Shown one piece after another: positions 1 to 7,068 of a stretch of DNA of 64,000 nucleotides; within the stretch, counting starts at the first letter, position 1; every line of letters starts with the position of its first letter. The stretch covers positions 1 to 64,000 of IMG/VR virus record IMGVR_UViG_2595698517_000001; one strand, given 5' to 3'. Below the pieces are notes generated by a model. The model was not told the origin of the DNA. It did no database searches and saw nothing but the letters and a program-made list of their open reading frames with translations. Made by a program: the position numbers and the translations under genes. The stretch comes from a virus (taxonomy: Duplodnaviria > Caudoviricetes).

Positions 1-36
1 ACTAAATCTCCTCCTAATATTCAATTGTGTAACTGA

Positions 37-109
37 TAGGGCTAGTAGGAGTCGAACCTACGACCTTGGGCTTATGAGACCCACGCTACTACCACTGAGC
101 TATAACCCT
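37..109 (-). tRNA. tRNA with CAT anticodon (elongator Met or Ile2)
   Basis: Acceptor AGGGTTA/TAGCCCT, anticodon arm TGGGT-CTCATAA-GCCCA, T loop GGTTCGACTCC. Confidence 0.9.
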
Positions 110-113
110 GTAT

Positions 114-197
114 TGGCAGGGGAGGAGGGAATCGAACCCCTTAGCGGTGGTTTTGGAGACCACTGACTTACCTCTCGTCTTTAAGCTTCTCTCCCCC
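114..197 (-). tRNA. tRNA-Trp(CCA), atypical long D region
   Basis: Anticodon arm GTGGT-CTCCAAA-ACCAC, T loop GGTTCGATTCC, encoded CCA; D region about 24 nt. Confidence 0.75.
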
Positions 198-253
198 ATA
201 AAAAGGGACAGGTGAGCAACCTGTCTGTAAACTTTGCAAAATCAACGAATTAA

Positions 254-326
254 TACCGAAGGTGGGACTCGAACCCACACTGTACGGTTTCTAAAACCGC
301 TATCTCTGCCATTGGATTACTTCGGC
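254..326 (-). tRNA. tRNA-Leu(TAG), short variable arm
   Basis: Acceptor GCCGAAG/CTTCGGT, anticodon arm GCGGT-TTTAGAA-ACCGT. Confidence 0.85.
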
Positions 327-331
327 ATATT

Positions 332-419
332 TGGTAGCGGAGGGGGGACTCGAACCCACCACGCCCATACGGACATAGCATTTTAAGTGCCATATGTCTA
401 CCAATTCCAACACTCCGCC
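332..419 (-). tRNA. tRNA-Leu(TAA)
   Basis: Anticodon arm TGGCA-CTTAAAA-TGCTA, long variable arm, CCA end. Confidence 0.9.
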
Positions 420-434
420 ATAATTTAATTTATT

Positions 435-511
435 TGGTACTAGGGGTAGGATTTGAACCTACGACCAATGCCTTATCAAGACACTGCTCTACCTGACTGA
501 GCTACCCTAGC
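435..511 (-). tRNA. tRNA-Ile(GAT)
   Basis: Anticodon arm GTGTC-TTGATAA-GGCAT, CCA end. Confidence 0.92.
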
Positions 512-512
512 A

Positions 513-599
513 TGGTGGGAAAGGCAGGACTCGAACCTGCAATGTATCTTACGTCACGGTTTTACAGACCGCTTGCTTCACCAATTTGCATACTCGCCC
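513..599 (-). tRNA. tRNA-Tyr(GTA)
   Basis: Anticodon arm GCGGT-CTGTAAA-ACCGT, long variable arm, CCA end. Confidence 0.92.
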
Positions 600-722
600 A
601 AAAAATCTCCTTCTCTTTTCCGTGGAGAAGGAGCAAAAAATATTGAAAGGAGAAAGAAATATGAAAATCAAACAAAAAAGTTTTGAGGGTTGACCCTAAG
701 ATTCGCACCTTCAGATCAACCA
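600..722 (-). ncRNA. Candidate sRNA in tRNA spacer (5' stem, anti-RBS/anti-AUG stretch, 3' hairpin plus U tract)
   Basis: Stem 688-695/714-721; minus strand reads UUUUCAUAUUUCUUUCUCCUUUC; 9-bp hairpin 607-615/625-633 followed by a T run. Confidence 0.35.
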
Positions 723-738
723 TGATACAAAGGGAATA

Positions 739-814
739 TGGTGGACGGAGTAGGGATCGAACCTACGACACGAGGATTTTCAGCCCTCTGCTCTACCAAC
801 TGAGCTATCCGTCC
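739..814 (-). tRNA. tRNA-Phe(GAA)
   Basis: Anticodon arm GAGGG-CTGAAAA-TCCTC, CCA end. Confidence 0.93.
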
Positions 815-929
815 ATAATGGGGATACCTTGAACCTGTATACTCAGGTATCCTAAGTTTTAACCTACTTCGATTGACACGGGACGCATCCCTGTAGGAGG
901 TAATTGTGAAAACCATAAACATAAACAAA

Positions 930-1004
930 TGCGGGTGGCAGGACTTGAACCTGCGACTTCTTGCTCCCAAAGCAAGCGCTCTAGCCAATCTGAGCTACAC
1001 CTAC
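930..1004 (-). tRNA. tRNA-Pro(TGG)
   Basis: Anticodon arm CTTGC-TTTGGGA-GCAAG. Confidence 0.9.
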
Positions 1005-1046
1005 ATAGTATATAACCCTATTTAAGGGACTCAATGCATTGAGTAA

Positions 1047-1118
1047 TCAGGATGAGGGGAATCGAACCCCTATTCAGTGATCCACAGTCACTTGCGTTAA
1101 CCGTTACGCCACACCCCG
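1047..1118 (-). tRNA. tRNA-His(GTG)
   Basis: Anticodon arm AGTGA-CTGTGGA-TCACT. Confidence 0.88.
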
Positions 1119-1201
1119 TAAACTAAGCCCAATACGTCTGATCGTCTGACTGGTAGGCATGTTATTGGACTTAGTTTACGAAGTACGGAACTTCGTGTTT
1201 A

Positions 1202-1272
1202 CTTCGGAGGATGGTCTCGAACCACCGATCATAGAGTCAAAGTCTATTGCCTTACCACTTGGCTACTCCGAA
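1202..1272 (-). tRNA. tRNA-Gln(TTG)
   Basis: Anticodon arm ATAGA-CTTTGAC-TCTAT. Confidence 0.9.
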
Positions 1273-1289
1273 AAAGTGTTTGTAAAGAG

Positions 1290-1318
1290 ATTGTATCATA
1301 GTCTGTAACTTTGTACAA
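1290..1318 (-). promoter_or_regulatory. sigma-A-type promoter inside tRNA cluster
   Basis: TTGTAC-N17-TACAAT with TG extension and AT-rich upstream tract. Confidence 0.6.
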
Positions 1319-1350
1319 CCCTATTTTTAAAATTTTTTGAAAATATTTTG

Positions 1351-1442
1351 TGGCGGAAGGAGTGGGATTCGAACCCACGCACGCTTTTACACGCCTAGCG
1401 GTTTTCAAGACCGACCTCTTTTATCCACTTGAGTACCCTTCC
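1351..1442 (-). tRNA. tRNA-Ser(TGA)
   Basis: Anticodon loop CTTGAAA, long variable arm, GCCA end. Confidence 0.92.
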
Positions 1443-1447
1443 ATAAA

Positions 1448-1522
1448 CATCCCATGTAGGACTCGAACCCACGATTAACGGGATAGAAGCCCGTTGCCTT
1501 GATCCAACTTGGCTAATGGGAT
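1448..1522 (-). tRNA. tRNA-Arg(TCT)
   Basis: Anticodon arm ACGGG-CTTCTAT-CCCGT. Confidence 0.9.
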
Positions 1523-1603
1523 AAAAAGGGACAGGTTTTTTCGTTGCCTGTCACAACGTTCCCTACCCTTTTGTATACCGTCTCAGAGGGATAACGGATA
1601 TTG

Positions 1604-1677
1604 CTCCCCTTGGAAGATTCGAACTTCCGATTCGCAGGACATAATCCCACTGCCTTGAACCGCTTGGCTAAAGGGGC
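1604..1677 (-). tRNA. tRNA with TAT anticodon (nominal Ile-AUA), atypical
   Basis: Anticodon arm GTGGG-ATTATGT-CCTGC, T loop AGTTCGAATCT, G1-A72 mismatch. Confidence 0.65.
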
Positions 1678-1680
1678 GGA

Positions 1681-1754
1681 AAGGGTATAAGGGATTCGAA
1701 CCCTCGTATCTCCGATAGAAAGTCGGATGTGTTTGACCACTTCACCAATACCCC
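1681..1754 (-). tRNA. tRNA-Glu(TTC)
   Basis: Anticodon arm TCCGA-CTTTCTA-TCGGA. Confidence 0.9.
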
Positions 1755-1883
1755 ACGATGGGAAAGGTTAGTTTCGTTTTTAATTTCGGACACCTTTCTA
1801 ACATAAAACTTCTACGAACATTGACTCGTGCAAGGCATTACCCCTGCTGTATACTCGCAGAATAAAAACGTATTAAGTCCTAA

Positions 1884-1954
1884 CGAGGTATAGGGGAGTT
1901 GAACCCCTGACTCTGCATAGACAGTGCAGTATTTTACCACTAAACTAATACCCC
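1884..1954 (-). tRNA. tRNA-Asp(GTC)
   Basis: Anticodon arm CTGCA-CTGTCTA-TGCAG. Confidence 0.9.
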
Positions 1955-1959
1955 ATGAT

Positions 1960-2035
1960 TGGAGGGACATGTCGGAATCGAACCGACCTCCCCTGGTTGG
2001 AAGCCAGGAATAATGAACCGATATACTAATGCCCC
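1960..2035 (-). tRNA. tRNA-Gly(TCC)
   Basis: Anticodon arm CCTGG-CTTCCAA-CCAGG, TCCA end. Confidence 0.9.
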
Positions 2036-2041
2036 CTATTT

Positions 2042-2132
2042 TGGCGGAGAGTACAGGATTTGAACCTGTGGTACGTTAAGGACGTACACCTATTTAGCAA
2101 ACAGGCACGATAAGCCACTCTGACAACTCTCC
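2042..2132 (-). tRNA. tRNA-Ser(GCT)
   Basis: Anticodon arm CCTGT-TTGCTAA-ATAGG, long variable arm, GCCA end. Confidence 0.92.
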
Positions 2133-2146
2133 ATAAATTTAATAAA

Positions 2147-2542
2147 TTAACTAATGGACATAAAACCTACCTTATAACAATCATATTTAGCAGTTAAGCT
2201 TAATTGATTTTTCTGTGTAACAACATCTTTAGGTATTTGGTACATTGTCCCTGATCCTGTTGCTACAAACAGATAGTCTACAGTAGAGTCCTGAAAGTTT
2301 TTAATTTTCTTAACACCTGTTGTAGAACTGGTTATAGTTCGTAGATAGACCTGATACATCCCATTATCACTTGTCGCTAAAGAAGTTTTAACTTGTACCT
2401 TCTTTAACTCGTTGTTAATATCGGCAATTAGGTCGTAGTCTTGGTTATCATTTAACGGTATGGAGACGTTATACCCTTTAGAAGTATAGTAGCCTATAGC
2501 CATACCTACACCGATATTACCTTTTTGAATTGGTGTCATCAT
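2147..2542 (-). CDS. PD-(D/E)XK endonuclease (PDDEXK_5 / I-Ssp6803I-like homing endonuclease family)
   Basis: KGNIG...GYNVSIPLNDNQDYDLIAD...KVQVKT motif; RBS GGAGGT. Confidence 0.8.
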   Translation of the reverse strand: MMTPIQKGNIGVGMAIGYYTSKGYNVSIPLNDNQDYDLIADINNELKKVQVKTSLATSDNGMYQVYLRTITSSTTGVKKIKNFQDSTVDYLFVATGSGTMYQIPKDVVTQKNQLSLTAKYDCYKVGFMSIS

Positions 2543-2618
2543 ACGATTATACCTCCCTATATGTACTATAGAGAGAAACGGTAGGAGCTTACCCTACACT
2601 TTAGTCTTTTCTCATGAT

Positions 2619-2693
2619 TGGCGCTCCTGGGTGGATTCGAACCACCGACCAACAGCTTAACAGGCTGCTGCGCTACCGCTACGCTACAGGAGC
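2619..2693 (-). tRNA. tRNA-Asn(GTT)
   Basis: Anticodon arm GCAGC-CTGTTAA-GCTGT, GCCA end. Confidence 0.92.
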
Positions 2694-2706
2694 AATATTT
2701 GATATA

Positions 2707-2780
2707 AGAAAGTGGTGGGATTCGAACCCACGAAAACTAGGGTTGCAATCTAGCCCGTTAAGCCACTTCGGTACACCTTC
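2707..2780 (-). tRNA. tRNA-Cys(GCA)
   Basis: Anticodon loop TTGCAAC, U discriminator. Confidence 0.88.
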
Positions 2781-2806
2781 ATGTTAGTTCCCCTGAGAAA
2801 ATTAGA

Positions 2807-2858
2807 ACGCAATCTGCAAGGTTTTCACGGGAGGGGAGCCACAGCTTGCAGATTGCGT
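2807..2858. repeat. Perfect 14-bp inverted repeat with 24-nt loop
   Basis: ACGCAATCTGCAAG (2807-2820) / CTTGCAGATTGCGT (2845-2858). Confidence 0.9.
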
Positions 2859-3079
2859 ATTAAGTTATAGAAGGAAGTATATAGGATCACCGTTTCCATA
2901 GGGTCACTATCCTTTTTCTCCTAATATTGATACTGGTGTGTGTTTACTGTTGTATCAAAGCCTAGTTATAGTATAACACACTCTGTACGATTCTAAACAT
3001 ACATATACAAAGTTTTTTAACTTTTTTCATTTATTTCTTGACTGGTAATTCATTTCCAATTTCGGACGTCTAACTATTA

Positions 3080-3552
3080 TTAATATTTTATAATAAGTTA
3101 TATAAGTATTTAATAATAATATACAGAACAGTTATAAATATAATAGTACATAAATTCCCTCTTTTTTGTCCTATTTAAATTTAAAATAAATAACCCTGAA
3201 ACAGGTGTCAAGATAGAACTATAATCTCTTCAAGCATTGATATAATAAGGTTTGTCAGGATATATGTTTGAACAATGTAATGGATCAGGTTAAACTTAAT
3301 GGTACATATTTAAGTTATTTTTGTCCTATTTAAATTATAACTCTGTCCTATTTATTATTTTACTTATTAATAATAAGTTATATAAGTAATTAATAATATA
3401 AATACAGAAGGAATAAAATTATAATATGTCAAGTTAGATTGTAATAATAACTATAAACCCCTTTGTATCAAGGGATTTAAATAGGTCAAAATAGTTTATA
3501 CACTTAGGGATAATAGGTCAGGAATAGGGGACTGTATAAAATAGGACAAAAA
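3080..3552. repeat. AT-rich non-coding region with TGTCCTATTTA direct and inverted repeats and a duplicated TAATAAGTTATATAAGTA block
   Basis: TGTCCTATTTA at 3167, 3322, 3344; inverted AATAGG(T/A)CA near 3480, 3512, 3540; duplicated block at 3091 and 3371. Confidence 0.75.
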
Positions 3553-3567
3553 TTTTTAAAGTGGTTG

Positions 3568-3596
3568 TTGACAATTAAACAACAAACTGATAAGAT
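3568..3596 (+). promoter_or_regulatory. sigma-A promoter for XRE regulator
   Basis: TTGACA-N17-TAAGAT with TG extension. Confidence 0.75.
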
Positions 3597-3681
3597 GAGG
3601 TCAAGATAAACAAACGACAACTAATCGTTCAGATTGAATATAAAGTAAGTTGTAAAATGTGACAAAACAAAATTAAGGGAG

Positions 3682-3969
3682 ATGTTTACAATGACAAATA
3701 AGAAAGCAGCTAAAAGCACATCAAGACCAAAACGAATGAAGAAATACCGTATGGACAAAGGATTAACGATTTATGATCTAGCGAAACGATTAGGTGTCGA
3801 TCACTCTTCAATTTGTAACTGGGAGAATGGTCAGAAGTACCCAAGACGTGGTAACTTAATGGCATTAGAAGATGTATTAGAAGCAAGTTACAGGGAGTTA
3901 TTCGAAGACTTAACACCTGAAGAAATTGTAGAAATTGACGATCGTAGATACAAAAGGGGGCAAGCATAA
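3682..3969 (+). CDS. XRE-family helix-turn-helix transcriptional regulator
   Basis: RMDKGLTIYDLAKRLGVDHSSICNWENGQKYP HTH_3 pattern. Confidence 0.9.
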   Translation: MFTMTNKKAAKSTSRPKRMKKYRMDKGLTIYDLAKRLGVDHSSICNWENGQKYPRRGNLMALEDVLEASYRELFEDLTPEEIVEIDDRRYKRGQA

Positions 3970-4163
3970 TGCATGGAACAGTAGCGTGTCCGTTTTGTAA
4001 CAACGAACAGTATGTAGAGTTTAATACTAATGGTAGGTGGGAACGACCTAAGTGTGCTGACTGTGGCAGCATATTTTATGCACAAGCCATCATGTCATTT
4101 GCTTCACAGCCGATTTCACAATGTAAAGAAGTAACGCCAACTTATATATGTCCCAAGGAATAA
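3969..4163 (+). CDS. Small zinc-ribbon protein
   Basis: CPFC and CADC; coupled TAATG overlap. Confidence 0.65.
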   Translation: MHGTVACPFCNNEQYVEFNTNGRWERPKCADCGSIFYAQAIMSFASQPISQCKEVTPTYICPKE

Positions 4164-4195
4164 AAAGAGAGACTAGGGAATCCCTGGTCTCTTTT
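4164..4195. terminator. Bidirectional intrinsic terminator
   Basis: GAGACTAGGGA-A-TCCCTGGTCTC-TTTT hairpin between convergent genes. Confidence 0.7.
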
Positions 4196-4427
4196 AGTAT
4201 TTTGGTACCATTTTTACAATCATCTGCGGGTTGATAAAGTAAAAGTCCCCTGACATATCTTCCATCGGATTCACTTTCATCATTGGTGCTCCGCTACCTT
4301 TAATGTAGTTACCTACAATCGAATCAGGAGCGTCAGGTACACCGAACGTGTTAAAGATTTCTAACGGTACATATGCTTTCTCGTTTAAAATTGTAGTGAC
4401 TTCCACTGACTTTAATTGTCTAGCCAT
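4194..4427 (-). CDS. Hypothetical protein
   Basis: ORF with RBS AAAGGA. Confidence 0.7.
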   Translation of the reverse strand: MARQLKSVEVTTILNEKAYVPLEIFNTFGVPDAPDSIVGNYIKGSGAPMMKVNPMEDMSGDFYFINPQMIVKMVPKY

Positions 4428-4443
4428 TTAAAATCATCCTTTC

Positions 4444-4770
4444 TTAGTGCTTGCTTGCCAAGCTGAAGATATAACTGATAAGTCCTCCAAGAACAACCAT
4501 CAGTGCGTTTTCAACAAGCTTACGTTGTCTGTCATCCCCTTTTTCATCCTTTGCTTCTAGGTCTTCTAGCTCCTGCTCTAGATGCTCGATTCTGTAAAAG
4601 AGGTGGGACTGTTTTTCTTCACTGATTGCCATTTTCTTATCAATATCTTGTACGATACCTTTAAGCTCATCGACAACCTTCTTCAGTTCAGCAGCGCTGT
4701 TTTCACGCTCTTGGAGAGTAGACTCAATTTCTTGTAGTTTTAATAATGCTTGTTGGTTGCTGTTATTCAC
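4444..4770 (-). CDS. Coiled-coil protein with C-terminal TM helix
   Basis: Heptad pattern then LVENALMVVLGGLISYIFSL. Confidence 0.75.
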   Translation of the reverse strand: MNNSNQQALLKLQEIESTLQERENSAAELKKVVDELKGIVQDIDKKMAISEEKQSHLFYRIEHLEQELEDLEAKDEKGDDRQRKLVENALMVVLGGLISYIFSLASKH

Positions 4771-4792
4771 TGAAACCCCACCTTTCTGCTAT

Positions 4793-5152
4793 TTACCATA
4801 TAAATCCTTTTCTTTTTTGTACCTTCTCATAACCCACATCGAAATGCTCCAAAAACTGTACCAGTACTTCTTTGCTTTCCTCATCTTCTACCTGCCCGTA
4901 CTGCGATTCTGTATTAATGGTAAACCGCACCTTTCCATCCTGCTTTAAGTCTAATTCGATTCGAACCCAATCCTTTTGATCTGATTCTATGTAATGAAAT
5001 GTAAAGTCGATTAGAAGACCTAATGACAATAATCTGTGTATCGTATACGTATGGTGGCTTGTCCTATTGCTATTAATCATATTGCTCACTAGGTCACGAA
5101 ATTCTGCCTTTAAATTAGGTTGCTGCTTACTCCCTACTCCGTTCATCTCCAA
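4793..5152 (-). CDS. Hypothetical protein
   Basis: ORF in operon, RBS GGAG. Confidence 0.7.
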   Translation of the reverse strand: MEMNGVGSKQQPNLKAEFRDLVSNMINSNRTSHHTYTIHRLLSLGLLIDFTFHYIESDQKDWVRIELDLKQDGKVRFTINTESQYGQVEDEESKEVLVQFLEHFDVGYEKVQKRKGFIW

Positions 5153-5432
5153 TCTCCTTTCGTTCGCTATTACTCGTTAGGGCAGTCGTAACTAGCACAA
5201 GTAGTAAACCGTTTTTGATCGTGATGGTTTGGTACATCCCGCTTCGAAAGAGGATAATATCTGATATAATAGAGATATACACTAATATGATGAATGCTAG
5301 AGCCTTCAGTGTTGGGAACACTAGTCTGAATAGTAATCCCTGGTGCAGGATAGACACTGTTATATACGACATATAAGTAACAATGACATAGAAGACAAGG
5401 GTTAAAATGACGGACGCAATCAAATAAATCAT
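5127..5432 (-). CDS. Membrane protein
   Basis: Three hydrophobic segments, RBS GAGGG. Confidence 0.75.
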   Translation of the reverse strand: MIYLIASVILTLVFYVIVTYMSYITVSILHQGLLFRLVFPTLKALAFIILVYISIISDIILFRSGMYQTITIKNGLLLVLVTTALTSNSERKEIGDERSRE

Positions 5433-5534
5433 TGTTTTCTACCCTCTTTGTCTTATTTATCCCTACTAATATAGAACTTTATAGCGTGTTTTTTGCAATA
5501 TCTTCTATATTAGAGATATAAAAATTTTTCTCAA

Positions 5535-5828
5535 GTGGAGGTTATGTCAATGTTGAAGTATAACAAGCAGATGCACATGAAGGTTATTCTCATTCTTCTA
5601 GCAGAAGCCTTAGCCATCTTGATTACAGACTTTGTATCAGCGAATATCGTTCCGATTGAACACACAACTATAACTTATATTGTATGTGGAGCGGTTTTAG
5701 CTTTAGCTGTAGTCAGTTCGTATGATTATATTATACGTAAAGGCGCTATGCGTGCTCAACAAGAGCGACAGGATTTACTGAATACAGCCATGCTTCGCTA
5801 CAGCACAAAGCATAGAGACCACAGATAA
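5535..5828 (+). CDS. Membrane protein (2 TM)
   Basis: RBS GGAGG; first gene of terminase operon after TATATTA motif. Confidence 0.75.
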   Translation: MEVMSMLKYNKQMHMKVILILLAEALAILITDFVSANIVPIEHTTITYIVCGAVLALAVVSSYDYIIRKGAMRAQQERQDLLNTAMLRYSTKHRDHR

Positions 5829-5839
5829 CAGGAAGGCAG

Positions 5840-6361
5840 GTGCTTCAAATGTTTGGATTATCAGAAAAAGATTTCGATGAGTTCAGAGACTTAGCACAGG
5901 ATTTTGCAGTGGAGGAATTAACACCAACTATTCTAAGTGAAGCAAAATTAATTACAATGTTAGTTGAGAAGGACGGGAAATTAGTACCTATTCCTTCGCA
6001 TATAAACAAGATGCTCTCTGATCTAGAAACAATTATCACGCTAACTACAGTAAATATGGCATGTGACTATGCAGACCTGGTTACAAAATTAGAATTAAGT
6101 GAAGCGGATATTATTAAGCACTTGCACGAAAAGTACGAGATTTACGTAACGAACCAGTTTATAAAATACTGTCTATGTTTCACTACTGAAGCGTCCGATC
6201 GCATTGTAGGCGAAATTATCCTGGAACTTCCGTATCTGTATGTAGATGCGATTAGTGATGAGGAGTTCGATGGGGACAAGTACTTGGAAGACAAGCTAAA
6301 AGCATACAATGACTACCTGGACAATAACCCAGTATTCAGTGAGGAAGACGAGGAAGAATAG
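5840..6361 (+). CDS. Hypothetical acidic protein
   Basis: ORF in terminase operon. Confidence 0.75.
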   Translation: MLQMFGLSEKDFDEFRDLAQDFAVEELTPTILSEAKLITMLVEKDGKLVPIPSHINKMLSDLETIITLTTVNMACDYADLVTKLELSEADIIKHLHEKYEIYVTNQFIKYCLCFTTEASDRIVGEIILELPYLYVDAISDEEFDGDKYLEDKLKAYNDYLDNNPVFSEEDEEE

Positions 6362-6371
6362 GTGAACTAAA

Positions 6372-6662
6372 ATGGTGACGAAAAAAGAGGTTGTAAGCAA
6401 AAGGCGGAAGCTTATGAGTCTAGCCGAAAAAAGTCACTCATTTAATAAAGGAGACAAGAGGGTGCATACTCCAAGGGTATGTGTGGTGTGTGGTCGCCCT
6501 CTATCCTCTTTGATTATTAATGAGAATAAGTACATAATTATACAGGCTCATACCCGCTATCATTTAAACGAATTGTTTATTGTAGACGCTTGTACAGACA
6601 TTACATCGTGCTACAGAACATTAAGGCAGAAAGGGGAGCTGATTGAGAATGTCAATGGCTGA
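6372..6662 (+). CDS. Zn-binding hypothetical protein
   Basis: CVVCGRPL...CTDITSC. Confidence 0.75.
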   Translation: MVTKKEVVSKRRKLMSLAEKSHSFNKGDKRVHTPRVCVVCGRPLSSLIINENKYIIIQAHTRYHLNELFIVDACTDITSCYRTLRQKGELIENVNG

Positions 6663-7068
6663 CAACATTAGAAACGGTATTAACAAGAGAAAGCAAGCAT
6701 TCGACAGTGAAAAGGAGCTTCGAGATGTTTTAAACTCTGCTTTGTCAAAGGGTGTAATGAAATTTATGCAGCGCATGGACGCAGGTGAAATTCCGATCGA
6801 TAACATTGCAGACCTACATCGTGTAGTTGGACTATACAAAGAGATGAATGGAATCGCAGACGTTATGGATGGTCAAGGTATGTCAGGTACGCTTCCTGAG
6901 ATTAACATGCGCCAGGATCAGGTACTAGATGAGAAGATTCGTGAAGGTAAAATGACAACAGATGAGGAAGGCAAGGTTAATGTCATGGACATGACCGCAG
7001 AAGAGGTTGCAGACTTAATCAGAGACTTCGACATAGCACAGAACAAAGAAAATGAGGGAACATTCTAA
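6643..7068 (+). CDS. Probable terminase small subunit
   Basis: Translationally coupled directly upstream of terL; size and position typical of Herelleviridae. Confidence 0.6.
   Translation: MRMSMADNIRNGINKRKQAFDSEKELRDVLNSALSKGVMKFMQRMDAGEIPIDNIADLHRVVGLYKEMNGIADVMDGQGMSGTLPEINMRQDQVLDEKIREGKMTTDEEGKVNVMDMTAEEVADLIRDFDIAQNKENEGTF

Noticed and set aside
716-1740. ORF-track entries 716-988 and 1513-1740
   Set aside because: They overlap tRNA genes on the same strand
2133-2618. Group I intron around the PD-(D/E)XK gene
   Set aside because: Flanking tRNAs are intact and the spacers are too short for a ribozyme core
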